Positions 25,234 to 35,931 of a DNA stretch of 64,000 bases are shown piece by piece. The notes beneath the pieces are model-generated. The model made no database searches, had not been told where the DNA came from, and worked only from the letters and a program-made list of their open reading frames with translations. The stretch lies in the NCBI GenBank assembly GCA_040357565.1, contig JBDODJ010000032.1, one strand, 5' to 3'. Every line of letters starts with the position of its first letter. Positions within the stretch are counted from its first letter, which is position 1. A program made the translations under genes and the position numbers. The stretch is from Cercozoa sp. M6MM. Lineage: Eukaryota; Protista; Endomyxa: Ascetosporea.

Positions 25234-25949
25234 GTTCGCTTTCGCTTGCTCCTGCACAGCAACTGCGCTTTATTCAGTTCCAACTTTACTGTAAAACTGA
25301 ATTCAAGCACCCAGTAACTGAGAATCCAAGTCCTAAAACGGCACTATCGATGCTCAAAACACGCACAGCAGACGCGGTATTGCTGTTGAAGCACGGTAGG
25401 TCCAAAACAACAAGCCTGGAGTAGCGGCACGTCACCAGCAGATGAGATCAGTTTTTTTACGACATGCTTTATTGCTTGCTTAAACTTACATGCGTTCCGA
25501 TCCACTCAGCTTAAAGTGCTAGTGGCTAGACTGAGAAATGCTACAGTCTAAAGGATTACACCCACCAGGCTCCGTTGTGAGCACAATTTCGTTCAGTTCC
25601 TCCACTTGACAACAGAACTCAGAACTCCACTTAAACTGCAAGCACAGCAGTCAATGCACCAAGTTGAACTGACTATAACTAGATGTAACCTTAGTAAGCT
25701 ACAAGTAACTCTCAACTGAAACTACAAGCACTGTACTAGTGAACCGCCGACAACCATCAGTGCGGCAAAGTGAAACTAGTGCGCTGACCTCAACTGGATG
25801 GGCCAGGTCGCTTGCACGCAAAAGTGACGTGCCGACAAACTTATGCTGCGGCATGAGTAAGCCCCTTGACACTGCGACGAAACAACTTTCGCAAGGTGGA
25901 GTGAGAAGTGTGAGTGAGTGAGACGTCCAAGTGATAGAGACAAAGTCAG

Positions 25950-28033
25950 ATGAAGTTCCTGCTTGCATCGCTTTTGCTGGCCGGTGGGGCCATGGCCACG
26001 CCGCAAGCTGTGCCGGAGCCTGTGCCCGTTAGCGCTGCTCCTACGGCTGAGGCGGTAGCAGAGCCAGCAGGCACGCCTTCGAATGCAACCGAGCTGCAAT
26101 TTGACACACTCAAGGTTTTAAATTTTATCTTGCTTGCTCACGCAGTTGGGAAAACTTCACCCAGATGAGCGAGTTGCAACAACTCGTTGACGACATGAAA
26201 ACCCCGGAGAACTGCCAGAGCGAGGTTCGTTGGAGTTTAAAAGTCTGTCCGGCATTTTTTGGTTTTGTGCATTTGCTTGTGACTTGAACTGCCAATCCCC
26301 CAACAGACCCAGTGCACGCTGGTCAAGGTGTTCCAGCTCGTGATTGACGTGTCTCCGGAGCAATACCTCGACATTCTCGAGATTCCGGCCGAGCAGCGCG
26401 CCACGTTGCGTGTGAAACTCGCTGACGTAATTTCGATTCTAGCTCGGGTTGAGTGTTGCTATTTCAGTTTTGTACCGGTTTTGTCCAGCTGGTGAACAAG
26501 AGCAAGTCGCCCGAATGGACGCAGGATCAGTTGCAACAGCAGCCAGTTGCGGTATTAATTTCGATCATTCTGTTGTTTTTTGTCTGCAGTCTTCGTGAAC
26601 TGGTCAGTTGAGTTGAGTCATACATCTACAGTTGCGAGCGGCAATGGACAAGAAGACGCGTGTGCGTGCCGTGCTCAAGGACCGCTCGATGAAGAAGGTG
26701 CTTGCGACCACCACTTATCTGCACTGTAATTCTTGCTACTGTTTTTTACTGAGAGGACAGATGATGAAGAAGGCCTTCAAGTCGCTCTGGGGCAGTCGCA
26801 AGAAGAAGTGCCAGGAGGAGTGCAAGCCGGCACCATGCAAGCCTTCCTACGACTCGTACAAACCGTCCTACGAGTCCTACAAACCTTCCTACGGTCAGGT
26901 ATCAATCACTGTGCCGACAGTCTTTCTGCACTTATGCGAGTGCTACAGCCATCCTACGAGTCGTACAAACCATCCTACAACCCGTCTTACGAGTCCTACA
27001 AACCGTCCTATGGCCAGGAGGTACCGATACGCATTCGATGATAATTTAAGTGCGTCGTAATTCTCTGTTTTTTACTGTAGCCTGCGTGCGGAGGTGTGCT
27101 CCGGCGGCAGCTGCAAACCACCTTGCAAGGAGCCTTGCAAGGAGCCTTCCTGCCAGCCGGTATATCCGTGTCCCTCCCCCTTCACTCTTACCACTCACAT
27201 TAGAGTAAGTAGACCTCGTGCTGCGAGCCGTCGTGCTGCAACTTCTCCTTGGACAGTTGCGAGGAACTGTGTCAGTTTCACCCTTCCCTGTCAGTAGTAT
27301 CGAGAGGGTAGGAGTTTATTGGTACCCCCCTCCCCTTCCCCTGTACAGGTGTGGACCCGTGCGACCCGTGCAACCCGTTCGCTGAGGTATCTTGCCATGT
27401 CGCCGCTGCTGTTGGGTGGCTTATTTATTACCTCCCCCCCCCCCCCCAGATGATCAGCTTCATCATGACGCGTCTGGGCGAGAACATTGCCAACGAGGAC
27501 TGGCGCAAGGTCGGTTCACGATCAGTTCGCTGCTACAGTCAGTAGGACCACTGACACTGTCGTTACTGTCTGTCGGGATTGTTGTGTCACAGGCGTGGCT
27601 GGACTTCCTCCAGTGCAACGACTGCATGGACTGCTGTGCCGATGATGACGACTGCGATGATGACTGCGATGACGATTGTGGCAACGAGTGCTGCGTGCCG
27701 TCATGCAAGCCGCCTTCCTACCAGCCGCCTTCCTACCAGCCTTCCTACCATCCCAGCTCCTACCAGCCTTCCTACCAGCCGCCTTCCTACCAGCCGCCTT
27801 CCTACCAGCCTCCTTCCTACGATGTCCCTGTGTCGAGCTACCAGCAGTCCTACGCTGCTCCAGCGCAGTACTGCGGACAGCAGTCGGCAGCCTGCTGCGG
27901 CACTGGTGCAGGCGACTGCAAGTACGGCAACAACCCGGTGTACAAGACGTACTACGTGTTCCCGCAGAACTTTGGCCAGTTCGGGCAGTACGGTGGTAGT
28001 TATGGAGGCGACATGCCGCCCTATGGCTACTAG
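25950..28033 (+). CDS. Secreted Pro/Ser/Tyr/Cys-rich repetitive structural protein (wall- or coat-like)
   Basis: Signal peptide MKFLLASLLLAGGAMA; KPSYESY and QPPSY repeats, CKEP repeats, DDDC repeats, and a Gly/Tyr-rich tail. Confidence 0.8.
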
Positions 28034-28147
28034 CTAGCTCCCGCTTGTTGTAGACATGTCATGAGTCGGGTGAACTCTCGACCTCTTGTTCTACCTTAAA
28101 AATGTACAGTTAAAAAAACTGAAGCTCCGAGGTGGCTTTCCTCAGAG

Positions 28148-29264
28148 TTAAGACTCAGAGAAACGTGCTTGCAGGTTTTCGAGGCTTGCGTGCGTTTCTG
28201 CGTCAAAGGTGTGCCACATGCTCTCAATCTGCGTCACGTTGTCTTCTCTGAGGCTCGCAATGTTCCCTTTCTGCACAGCGCGTGCAATCTGCTGGTCGAA
28301 CTGGTCCAAGCGTGCTGCGATTTCGCCTTGCTTTCGCTCAACTTTGCTGCTGATTTTGTCGAGTTCTGCTTGCGAGTCGGCGCCGGCCGACAACTCGACA
28401 CTCAGTCCGGATGGCAGCGACAAGACCTGGCGCTCCAAGTCTCGGCGAACCTCTTCCGCGCGGAATGCCAGCAGACTCACGGCCACTCCCAATTCGGTGC
28501 GCAGTCTCGCAACTGCACGTCGGATTCTCTGACCTCAGGACAAAATGCAGTATAGTAAATTAGAACAAGTCTGCACTAAAAACAAGTTGGCTGTACCACC
28601 AAGGGACGAATGTCGACGTTTTCGGTACTCAAAGTGCGTTCGACCTTGCCAAATTCAAAGTTGTGAACGTACTCGTCGACCTCTCGGTGGAACTGGGTCA
28701 TTTCGTTTTCCAGTTTGGAGTACTGACGACTCAATTCTTCGGAGCGTTTTCGAACCCCTGCCAAGGCTTGCTTCTACAGCACCATATCATTGCTACGTGC
28801 AGTTTTACAAAAGTAATAAACTGTATAGTACCGTAGAGGCCTCACCGAGCGCCTGTACCACCATCGCATGCTCTCGCAAAGCTTCTGCAACGTTGGCTTC
28901 CGTTGTTGTGTAACGGTGAGTTTGAACAGCAAGAGTGTTGGACAGTTGGTCGAGTATAGAAGCAGCTCTTGCACAGCTGGACTCTTGAGAGCACGAATTC
29001 TGTGCCAGTGTGCGAGCATCGTTGAACAAGTCCTGTGCCATCTTGCTAGTTTCGGTGTAGTCATATAGAAGTGCCTGCAGCTGCATTTTGAGAGGATGCA
29101 GTTTCTGCCAACAACAGTGAGCCCTTAGTTTAAAGGTTTTAAGCAAAGTACTGCAAGTGAAACAGCTGTACCTGCAGCAGATCTTGCTGAGATGCGGCTT
29201 GTGTGGCGAAACACGCGGCGGCAATGGCAAGCATATAAAGCGCGACCCCAAAGACGAATTTCAT
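28148..29264 (-). CDS. Secreted coiled-coil protein
   Basis: Signal peptide MKFVFGVALYMLAIAAACFA; heptad-rich exons; GT-AG introns. Confidence 0.7.
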
Positions 29265-29758
29265 GGCGGGGAGTATCTTTTTCAGCAGTCAGACTGTAGG
29301 TTAATTTATAGCGACTTCACGCAGTTGGGGTTCGTCTGAAATTATCTCAATTTGGACGCTCGCACCCGTTGTTTGCAGAAGGCGTGTAATACCCTTTCGA
29401 AAAACACCTCTGCAACGTTTTTTTAACGCAATGAATATCTGCACTAACATCTGTGAAGTCACCTAATGTTGGATACAATGCTGCCGTTCAGTGAGGTCAC
29501 TCTAGCCCTGAGCCTGTTCTGGTCGACATCATGCATTTTAGTTCGTGCTCTCTGTTAAAAAATCGGGTCGACTTAACGAATTACTTCATTTCTCAGTTTC
29601 CCTGCGGAAGTGCGTCGATGGGAGAGTTTTGCACCTTGGATTGTTCTGACTGTTCACTGCTGGGATTCTGCAAACACGATTCCAAGCGTTAGTACAAACT
29701 CTCGTAGGGGTGATAGGAAGACTCTTTTGCAGTCGCGACTAAACTGAAAAACTGAGAA

Positions 29759-31325
29759 ATGAAACTGCTTTTGGGGGCTTTGCTCGCGACATGCGTAGCA
29801 ACTAGTGCAAGTGCCTACGACTCCGGGGACAACTGTGAGACCAACCGTCATGGATTGCCGCTTGCCAAAATATCGGAGCGGTACGATTACGTTGCCGATC
29901 AGGTAGCATCTATTTACAGTAATACACTGTATTTTCGCAACTGAAGACAGGAAGTACCAAAACAAAATTACCGAATTTATTTCAGTATGACTCGCGTTTG
30001 TCGTCGGCGGTGACAGCGTTCACGTTTGAGGATGGTCCAAACACGTGGGCGACCTACACAACCGATATCCTGGATTTGCTGGCGGAACACGGGGTCAAGG
30101 CGACTTGGTTCGTGCTCGGAAACTACGTCGATCAACGCCCGGATTTACTGCAAGCAATCGTCGATGCGGGTCATGAGGTTGGCGTGCAGGCCTATACCCA
30201 CGTCGATCTGACCAAGCAGCATCTGTCGACTTCACTGCGACATGTAAAACGCTGTTTCCTGCCAAAAGAGAGAACCCACTTTGGATCTAACCGAATTGGG
30301 CTGTCTGTCGCAGATTCATCTGGCGCTTCAAGCCATCGAAGCTGCCGTCCCGGGACATCCGGTCCACTACTGGCGACCACCCTACGGCGAAACCAACCAA
30401 GGTAAATGACTAGCGATCGCACCAACTCACCCATCTGCTTTTTAGACTGCCGCTTCTACACGTGAAATACAATGTGTAGAGCTGCGCGATGCCATAGCTG
30501 CGGAGTTCGGATTGTCCGAGGCCTTGTGGACATTGGACACTCTGGATTGGGACGAGTCGCGGTCGGCCTCGCAGATTGCCTCGACTCTGGCAGGCTCGGC
30601 AGGCCATGTCGTGCTCATGCAAGACGGCGTTATCAACAGTGTCAGCACTGTCGAGGCCTTGAAGGTTCAACTGCCGTCGCTCGTGCAGTCGGGCCTGCGG
30701 TTCATGCGCCTTTCGGACCTCGATCTCGCCAAGGAGGGCTGCTTTGGACCGCCTGCAACGACACCGCCGAGCACGACTACTAGCTACAGTACTACGACTG
30801 GGACTACAGCGACAACAACGGCAGTGTACTCGACTGCGCCGCCTGATGACGGCACCCCGGCCGACAGCGACAAGGATGACGCGCCAACTGACGACTGCAC
30901 CGAGAAATACTACAATAGAAAGAACCGGTACACTTCCAGTTTGTGTGGATACTCAGTGGCTCTTACTTTACTGTACTGTGCTGTATTGAACTTGTACTGG
31001 ATGTAATTCAATTCTATTTTCCGTTATTCGCATCCCTGGTAGCAACAAGTGCCGTCAGCGTCGCAAGGCTCGACGCAAGAAGCTGTATCCCTCTGCTTTC
31101 AGTTTGCTTTGGTGTTGCCTTTTGTGCAAGGAGAAGTGACCCTGCAAATTTACTTGACGTGATGATGCAACATTTCTTGGCAGAATTAAGAGGAGCGAGA
31201 AGAATTCGAGCGACAAATCAAAGAGTGAAAAGCCCGATCGCAAGGAAGCCAGCGGCAAGAGCTCGCGCATGCGCGATGCCATGCGTGAACAGTCGAGCAA
31301 GTCGAGCAAGTCGAGCTCGGATTGA
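29759..31325 (+). CDS. Secreted polysaccharide deacetylase (CE4/NodB) with substituted catalytic residues
   Basis: TFEDGP, LDLLAEHGVKATWFVLG, GHEVGVQAYTH, RPPYG, WTLDTLDW and VVLMQD; Thr-rich linker and basic tail. Confidence 0.88.
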
Positions 31326-31687
31326 ATCGTTCGCCAGACCATTCCATAGAACTGAGAGTGCACTCCATCTCATCTACTCTGCTCCAGTACACCGACATCA
31401 CGTGTCCGAGTAGGACTCATTTTCCACCTGATTTGACCGCCACTATTTAAACTTATGACCACCACCAAACTCAACTGGAGTACCAACTGACGCCTTCAGT
31501 TGTGATTGAACCGATTACAATACTGTCAAAGGACTTTGCTTTGACTGCACAGTTTACTGCGAAAGTCTTTAAAGCTGCAACTGAGCGCGGAGGGCGAGTT
31601 AGTGTAGACGACAGAGAAGAGGGTTTTCAGTCAGTCGACTCTTCTCGGATTACGGTACAGCCGAGTACTGTACCGAATGTGTAGTAC

Positions 31688-33900
31688 CTACGGCGAAGAC
31701 TTGGGAGGCTGCGGAGGCTGTGGAGGCTGCGGCCCGCCGAATCCGAGGCCACCGAGAGCCTCTTGCGACACCTGTAGCAATGAGCAGCGGTGAAGTGCGA
31801 CAGTACACACACACACACACATACACACACACGCACAGCATCTTCCAGTATCAAGGAGAACTGTGAGGTCTACCGTGAGCGTGTAGGAGCCGGTGGCGCC
31901 AAGGAAGCCGTGCACCACAATGTACACGGTCTGGCACTGTCCAGTTGAAGTGTAGTTTAATCTAGACAGGTGACAGTGCAGTGTAAAGCCGTGCAGTACC
32001 TGGCTCAGATTGACCTCAAACTCGGTGGTAAAGCCCGCACAGCCGGGACCGTCGTCGTTGCCTCCAACACACTGCGGCACGCCGCCGCCGTTGGCATCAA
32101 AGACAGTGACCTTGGAGTCGTAGCCGGCGTTGTTGCAGGTGGAGAACTTGTAGGTGCCTGTCGCCGGAACACGCCAGCGGTAGACTATGGCATTGCTGCC
32201 GGCCGTGTACTACCCAGCCCAGGCAGAAGAATACAGTGCGCAGCACCATAGCTAAGTTTACTGCGAGAGGGAAACCTACCGAGGTGCCGCAGAAGGCGTC
32301 CAGCCCAGTACCATCCAGCACGACAGTGTCGGCGCCGCTGGTGTCTCCGACCAGTGCCAGCGGTAGCTACAGCACAAGGTCATATATGCGTATATATACC
32401 GATATATACATATATATATATACATATATCTATATATACACATATATATACATATATACGTATACATATATCTATATATACACGTAAATATCGGGTGTAC
32501 CGCAGTGGTGGAAGGAATGTTGCGATTGCCTGCCTTAGCCACGGGAATCCACGCCGGCAGCGGCAGGCACTGACCGTTTTCCAGGATGTCCGTGCCGCTG
32601 CCAGAACACTCGTCGGGATGTCAACAGTACATTTGGTAAGTCGCGCATGTAACTTACGAACAAACGTCGCCGTCATTTCGACTGTCGCACGGCACCGGAG
32701 AATGCGTGGCTACACGAGAGTGAGTGCTCGGTGAGAGCGCAGTGTCAGATAAACAAGACGAGCTAGGGTACGTGAGGCAGTCGCAGTGCCAGTGCCAGTG
32801 CCGGTTGCTGTCGGTGTCGGCGTGCGCGTGTTGCTGGGTGTCGGCGTTGCAGTGACACGCGCTGTCAGCGTGGATGTCGGCGTGCGAGTGGCTGTGCCCA
32901 GTGCCAAAGTTAAATTCAACTTTCGCACCTAATCTTTACTGCTTACGTGGGGGAGAGGGCGGCGCCACCGGAGTCGGGGGAGGCATCTGCTCGCATCGTG
33001 TCGTAGACTACTCACAACTAAATGAGAATCCTTACCGACGGCGGCAGGAGAACCGGTGCGGGAGGGGGCACCGGTGGCTACGCACACAATAACTGACACA
33101 CCCAGATCCGGTCAGTTGAGCCTACGGGCGGACTATCGTCGTCCGTCGCCACGATGATCACCGGCACGAGAACAGCCTGGCAAGTTGTGTGTAAAATAAC
33201 AATGTTTCTGCATGGCAAATGCAAAGTCACCGTGAGCAGGAGCAGCAGACAGATGAAACCGCCGGCGAGCATGCCGTCTAAACAAAATTTACAGTAGAAA
33301 GGAAAAACTGAGCTAATTTCCTGCAACAGCATCGTTCAACTGGACAGAAAGTTGAAGGTCACATAGAAGGACAGACTTACACTGGTAGTTGCGCTGACGG
33401 TACCACACAGTCTCGCAGTAGCTCGATCCGCAACCACTCGAGTACATCTGCTGGCCGTAAGCATGTCCTGCCAATTGTAACCGGAAGATATCATTTCACT
33501 GACTTTAATACTACTACTCATTGTGCCCTGCCTGGTCTTAAGTCAGTTCGAAAGCCACACACAGATACTAAGTACAAATTACTGTACCCTGCGGTATAGG
33601 ATACTGCGGTGCGTACGGAGAGCCTGTACGGAGGTTGGCCGGGCCCTGAAAGAGTGCAACCCCTCGATAAGCTTGAATGGACATGATGACTCCCAAAAAG
33701 CGCTCAAGTGCAAGTTAAATTACCATCGGCATTCTCATGCCCGGACTACGCGGCGGTGCAAACATGTCTCCTCGCTTCGCGGGTTGTAGCTTACAGTACA
33801 CTGAAAGCAAGACACAAACTGAACGACAGCCGCCGAAACTGTGACGACGAAGCGGCAGTTGTTGCCAGATCTCCGAAGTTTCCAAAGCGTGCCTGTCAAG
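31688..33900 (-). CDS. Type II membrane protein with Pro/Thr stalk and a bacterial-type PPC-like beta-sandwich
   Basis: TM segment MLAGGFICLLLLLT|AVLVPVIIV, PT-rich stalk, then AIVYRWRVPATGTYKFSTCNNAGYDSKVTVFD...CVGGNDDGPGC...QTVYIVVHGFLGATGSYTLTV. Start uncertain. Confidence 0.65.
32390..32482. repeat. Intronic (TA/CA)-rich microsatellite
   Basis: tatatataca-type units. Confidence 0.9.
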
Positions 33901-34231
33901 TCAGTCGGACGGTCGATTTACTCTTTGCGGACGTTGGGGCATCCTGGACACCTCTACTGCGACCGCCGATAAAGAACAGTAAACTGAATATTACTTGATT
34001 TTGACGACTCGTCAGCACGATGTTTTTTGTGACTGTGGAGGGATCTGCATTGCTAGACCTGACTCCTACAGTATACAGTAGCTACTGGCAAAATAAATCG
34101 TTCACTATTAACCATACTGGTTCAGTTTGATCGTCCGCGCTGACGAGTAGTCAGATGACAATTTGGAGAAACTATCTAACAGCCCGCTCGGTTTTCTTTG
34201 ACTTTTTACTAAGATTTGCTTTGGCAATACA

Positions 34232-34584
34232 GGGAATCCTCCCCTATCGTCGGGTAAAAATAGTGAGCCCATGAAAAAACCTGTCGCGAAGCAAGCTATT
34301 TTTACCTTTAGTGGAGCCTGGACATGTGTAGTGGTTGTCTAGGCGTCACTGAACTACTGGACGCTAGTTTGTCAAATTCTCATGATTTTTTCAACCAATT
34401 TACCCGATTTTCACTCGACGCGCCCCGATCGATAATGATGCTCCGCACACGGCTAGTGCATTTATAGAACACATACTGGGGATCAGTGAAACGTGTTATC
34501 TTTCTATTCTGATCAACATCATATCTGCTTGTTGGCTCAGTTTTATGGGCTCACTATTTTACCCGACGATACGGTAGGATTCCC
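34232..34584. mobile_element. MITE with about 45-bp TIRs and 9-bp TSD (Mutator-like)
   Basis: Left gggaatcctcccctatcgtcgggtaaaaatagtgagcccat; right end reverse-complements to gggaatcctaccgtatcgtcgggtaaaatagtgagcccat. Perfect TSD ggcaataca at 34223-34231 and 34585-34593. Confidence 0.92.
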
Positions 34585-34628
34585 GGCAATACATATCGCA
34601 ACACACATACGATAGACCGACGCGAGAT

Positions 34629-35778
34629 CTAGATGAAGTCGTCAAAGTCGGCGGCGTCGAACTGTCCAGCGACGTGCTTGTCGACATGCAGCGCCTGCTT
34701 CTTCTTCTTCTTGCCCTTCTGCTCGTTCTTCTTCTTCTTGGTCACAATGGCCGTGCAGTGACGCGTGATGTCATTCACGTCGTTGCTGCGCAGCTCCTGC
34801 AGAGGGGGGGGTAAAGGAGAGAAGGACAACGGGTAGACTGTACCTTGGTGGACACGGAGATGAGAGTGCGCAGGAAGGGCAGGATCTTGGTGTGATTGCG
34901 GCACTTGCCGACGGCTTGTCCGACCACTTCGGCCAGGTGCTGGAAGTCGCGCTCCGTGCGCAGTGGGTAGTCCTCGATACGCACCGGCATCTGGGGGGGG
35001 GGTAAAGAGGGAGAGGGGGTAGGGTAAAGCATACCGCAGGCCCAGTGGACTCGATAGCGACAGGCGCGTCGTTGTTGTTGCCGCCCTGATTGAACATGTC
35101 GTACTCGGCACCACGTCCAGTCGCACTCGGAGCCGTCGTAGCCACCTGTACACATGTACGTCCCAACAGACCAGTCCACACACCAGTCCCACCAGACCAG
35201 TCCAAACGGACCCGATCAGTGTCTAAACCCAGTGTCGATACTCAATATCTGTACCTGACCCTTGGCTGCGGCTCGCTTGGCTGCCGCCTCCTTCTCCAGG
35301 CCTGGAGGTAGGGGGTAGGGGTAAAGGGAGAAGGGCAGAGAGATAAAGGGGAAAAGCGCAGACTACGCTCCTTCTCGGCGATCTTGGCCAGGAGCTTCTT
35401 CTTGCCCTTCTTCTTGCCGGATGCGGCCACCTTGGGCTTGTCGTCCTCCTCCTCCTCGTCCAGGAAGTCGTCGTACATACCATGCGACGCCAGGTTGCCG
35501 TCCTCCATCTCTGCCTCCAGCTCGGCATCGTCGAACTCAAACTCGTCCAAATCTGCTCGAAAATCACCCCCACAGAATCAAAACCACAAATACAAAAAAC
35601 TAATATATTAGTTACCCGCTGCCAGGTCGTCTAGCGCATCGGCGGCCTGCTCCTGAGGCACCTCAGCAACCTGCACACGCACCCACACACATTCTATCGC
35701 CGATCGCGGCCAGTCGAAACCAGCAGGAAAAGTTCAGGGAACCTCGTCGTCGCCAAGAAGATCCTCCCAGTCTGACAT
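34629..35778 (-). CDS. EIF3J: Translation initiation factor eIF3 subunit J
   Basis: Acidic MSDWED N-terminus, KKKLLAKIAEKE, PLRTERDFQHLAEVV, KKKNEQKGKKKKK and terminal DFDDFI*. Confidence 0.85.
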
Positions 35779-35931
35779 GTTCCTAAACTACGTGCACCTA
35801 AGTGTTCACCGTCGCAGCTCGTGCCAAAGCCGCTGCTGAAAGTAATAGCCAGGACCTGGTTCGTCCCAAAAATTAAGCCCGAAGTCTTGGTTTAAACACC
35901 GCGACTAGCTACGTGAGTGCGTTCTAATATT

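Noticed and set aside
27070-27100. Apparent frameshift in the PSY-rich gene
   Set aside because: Resolved by using the downstream acceptor (cggag|gtg tgc).
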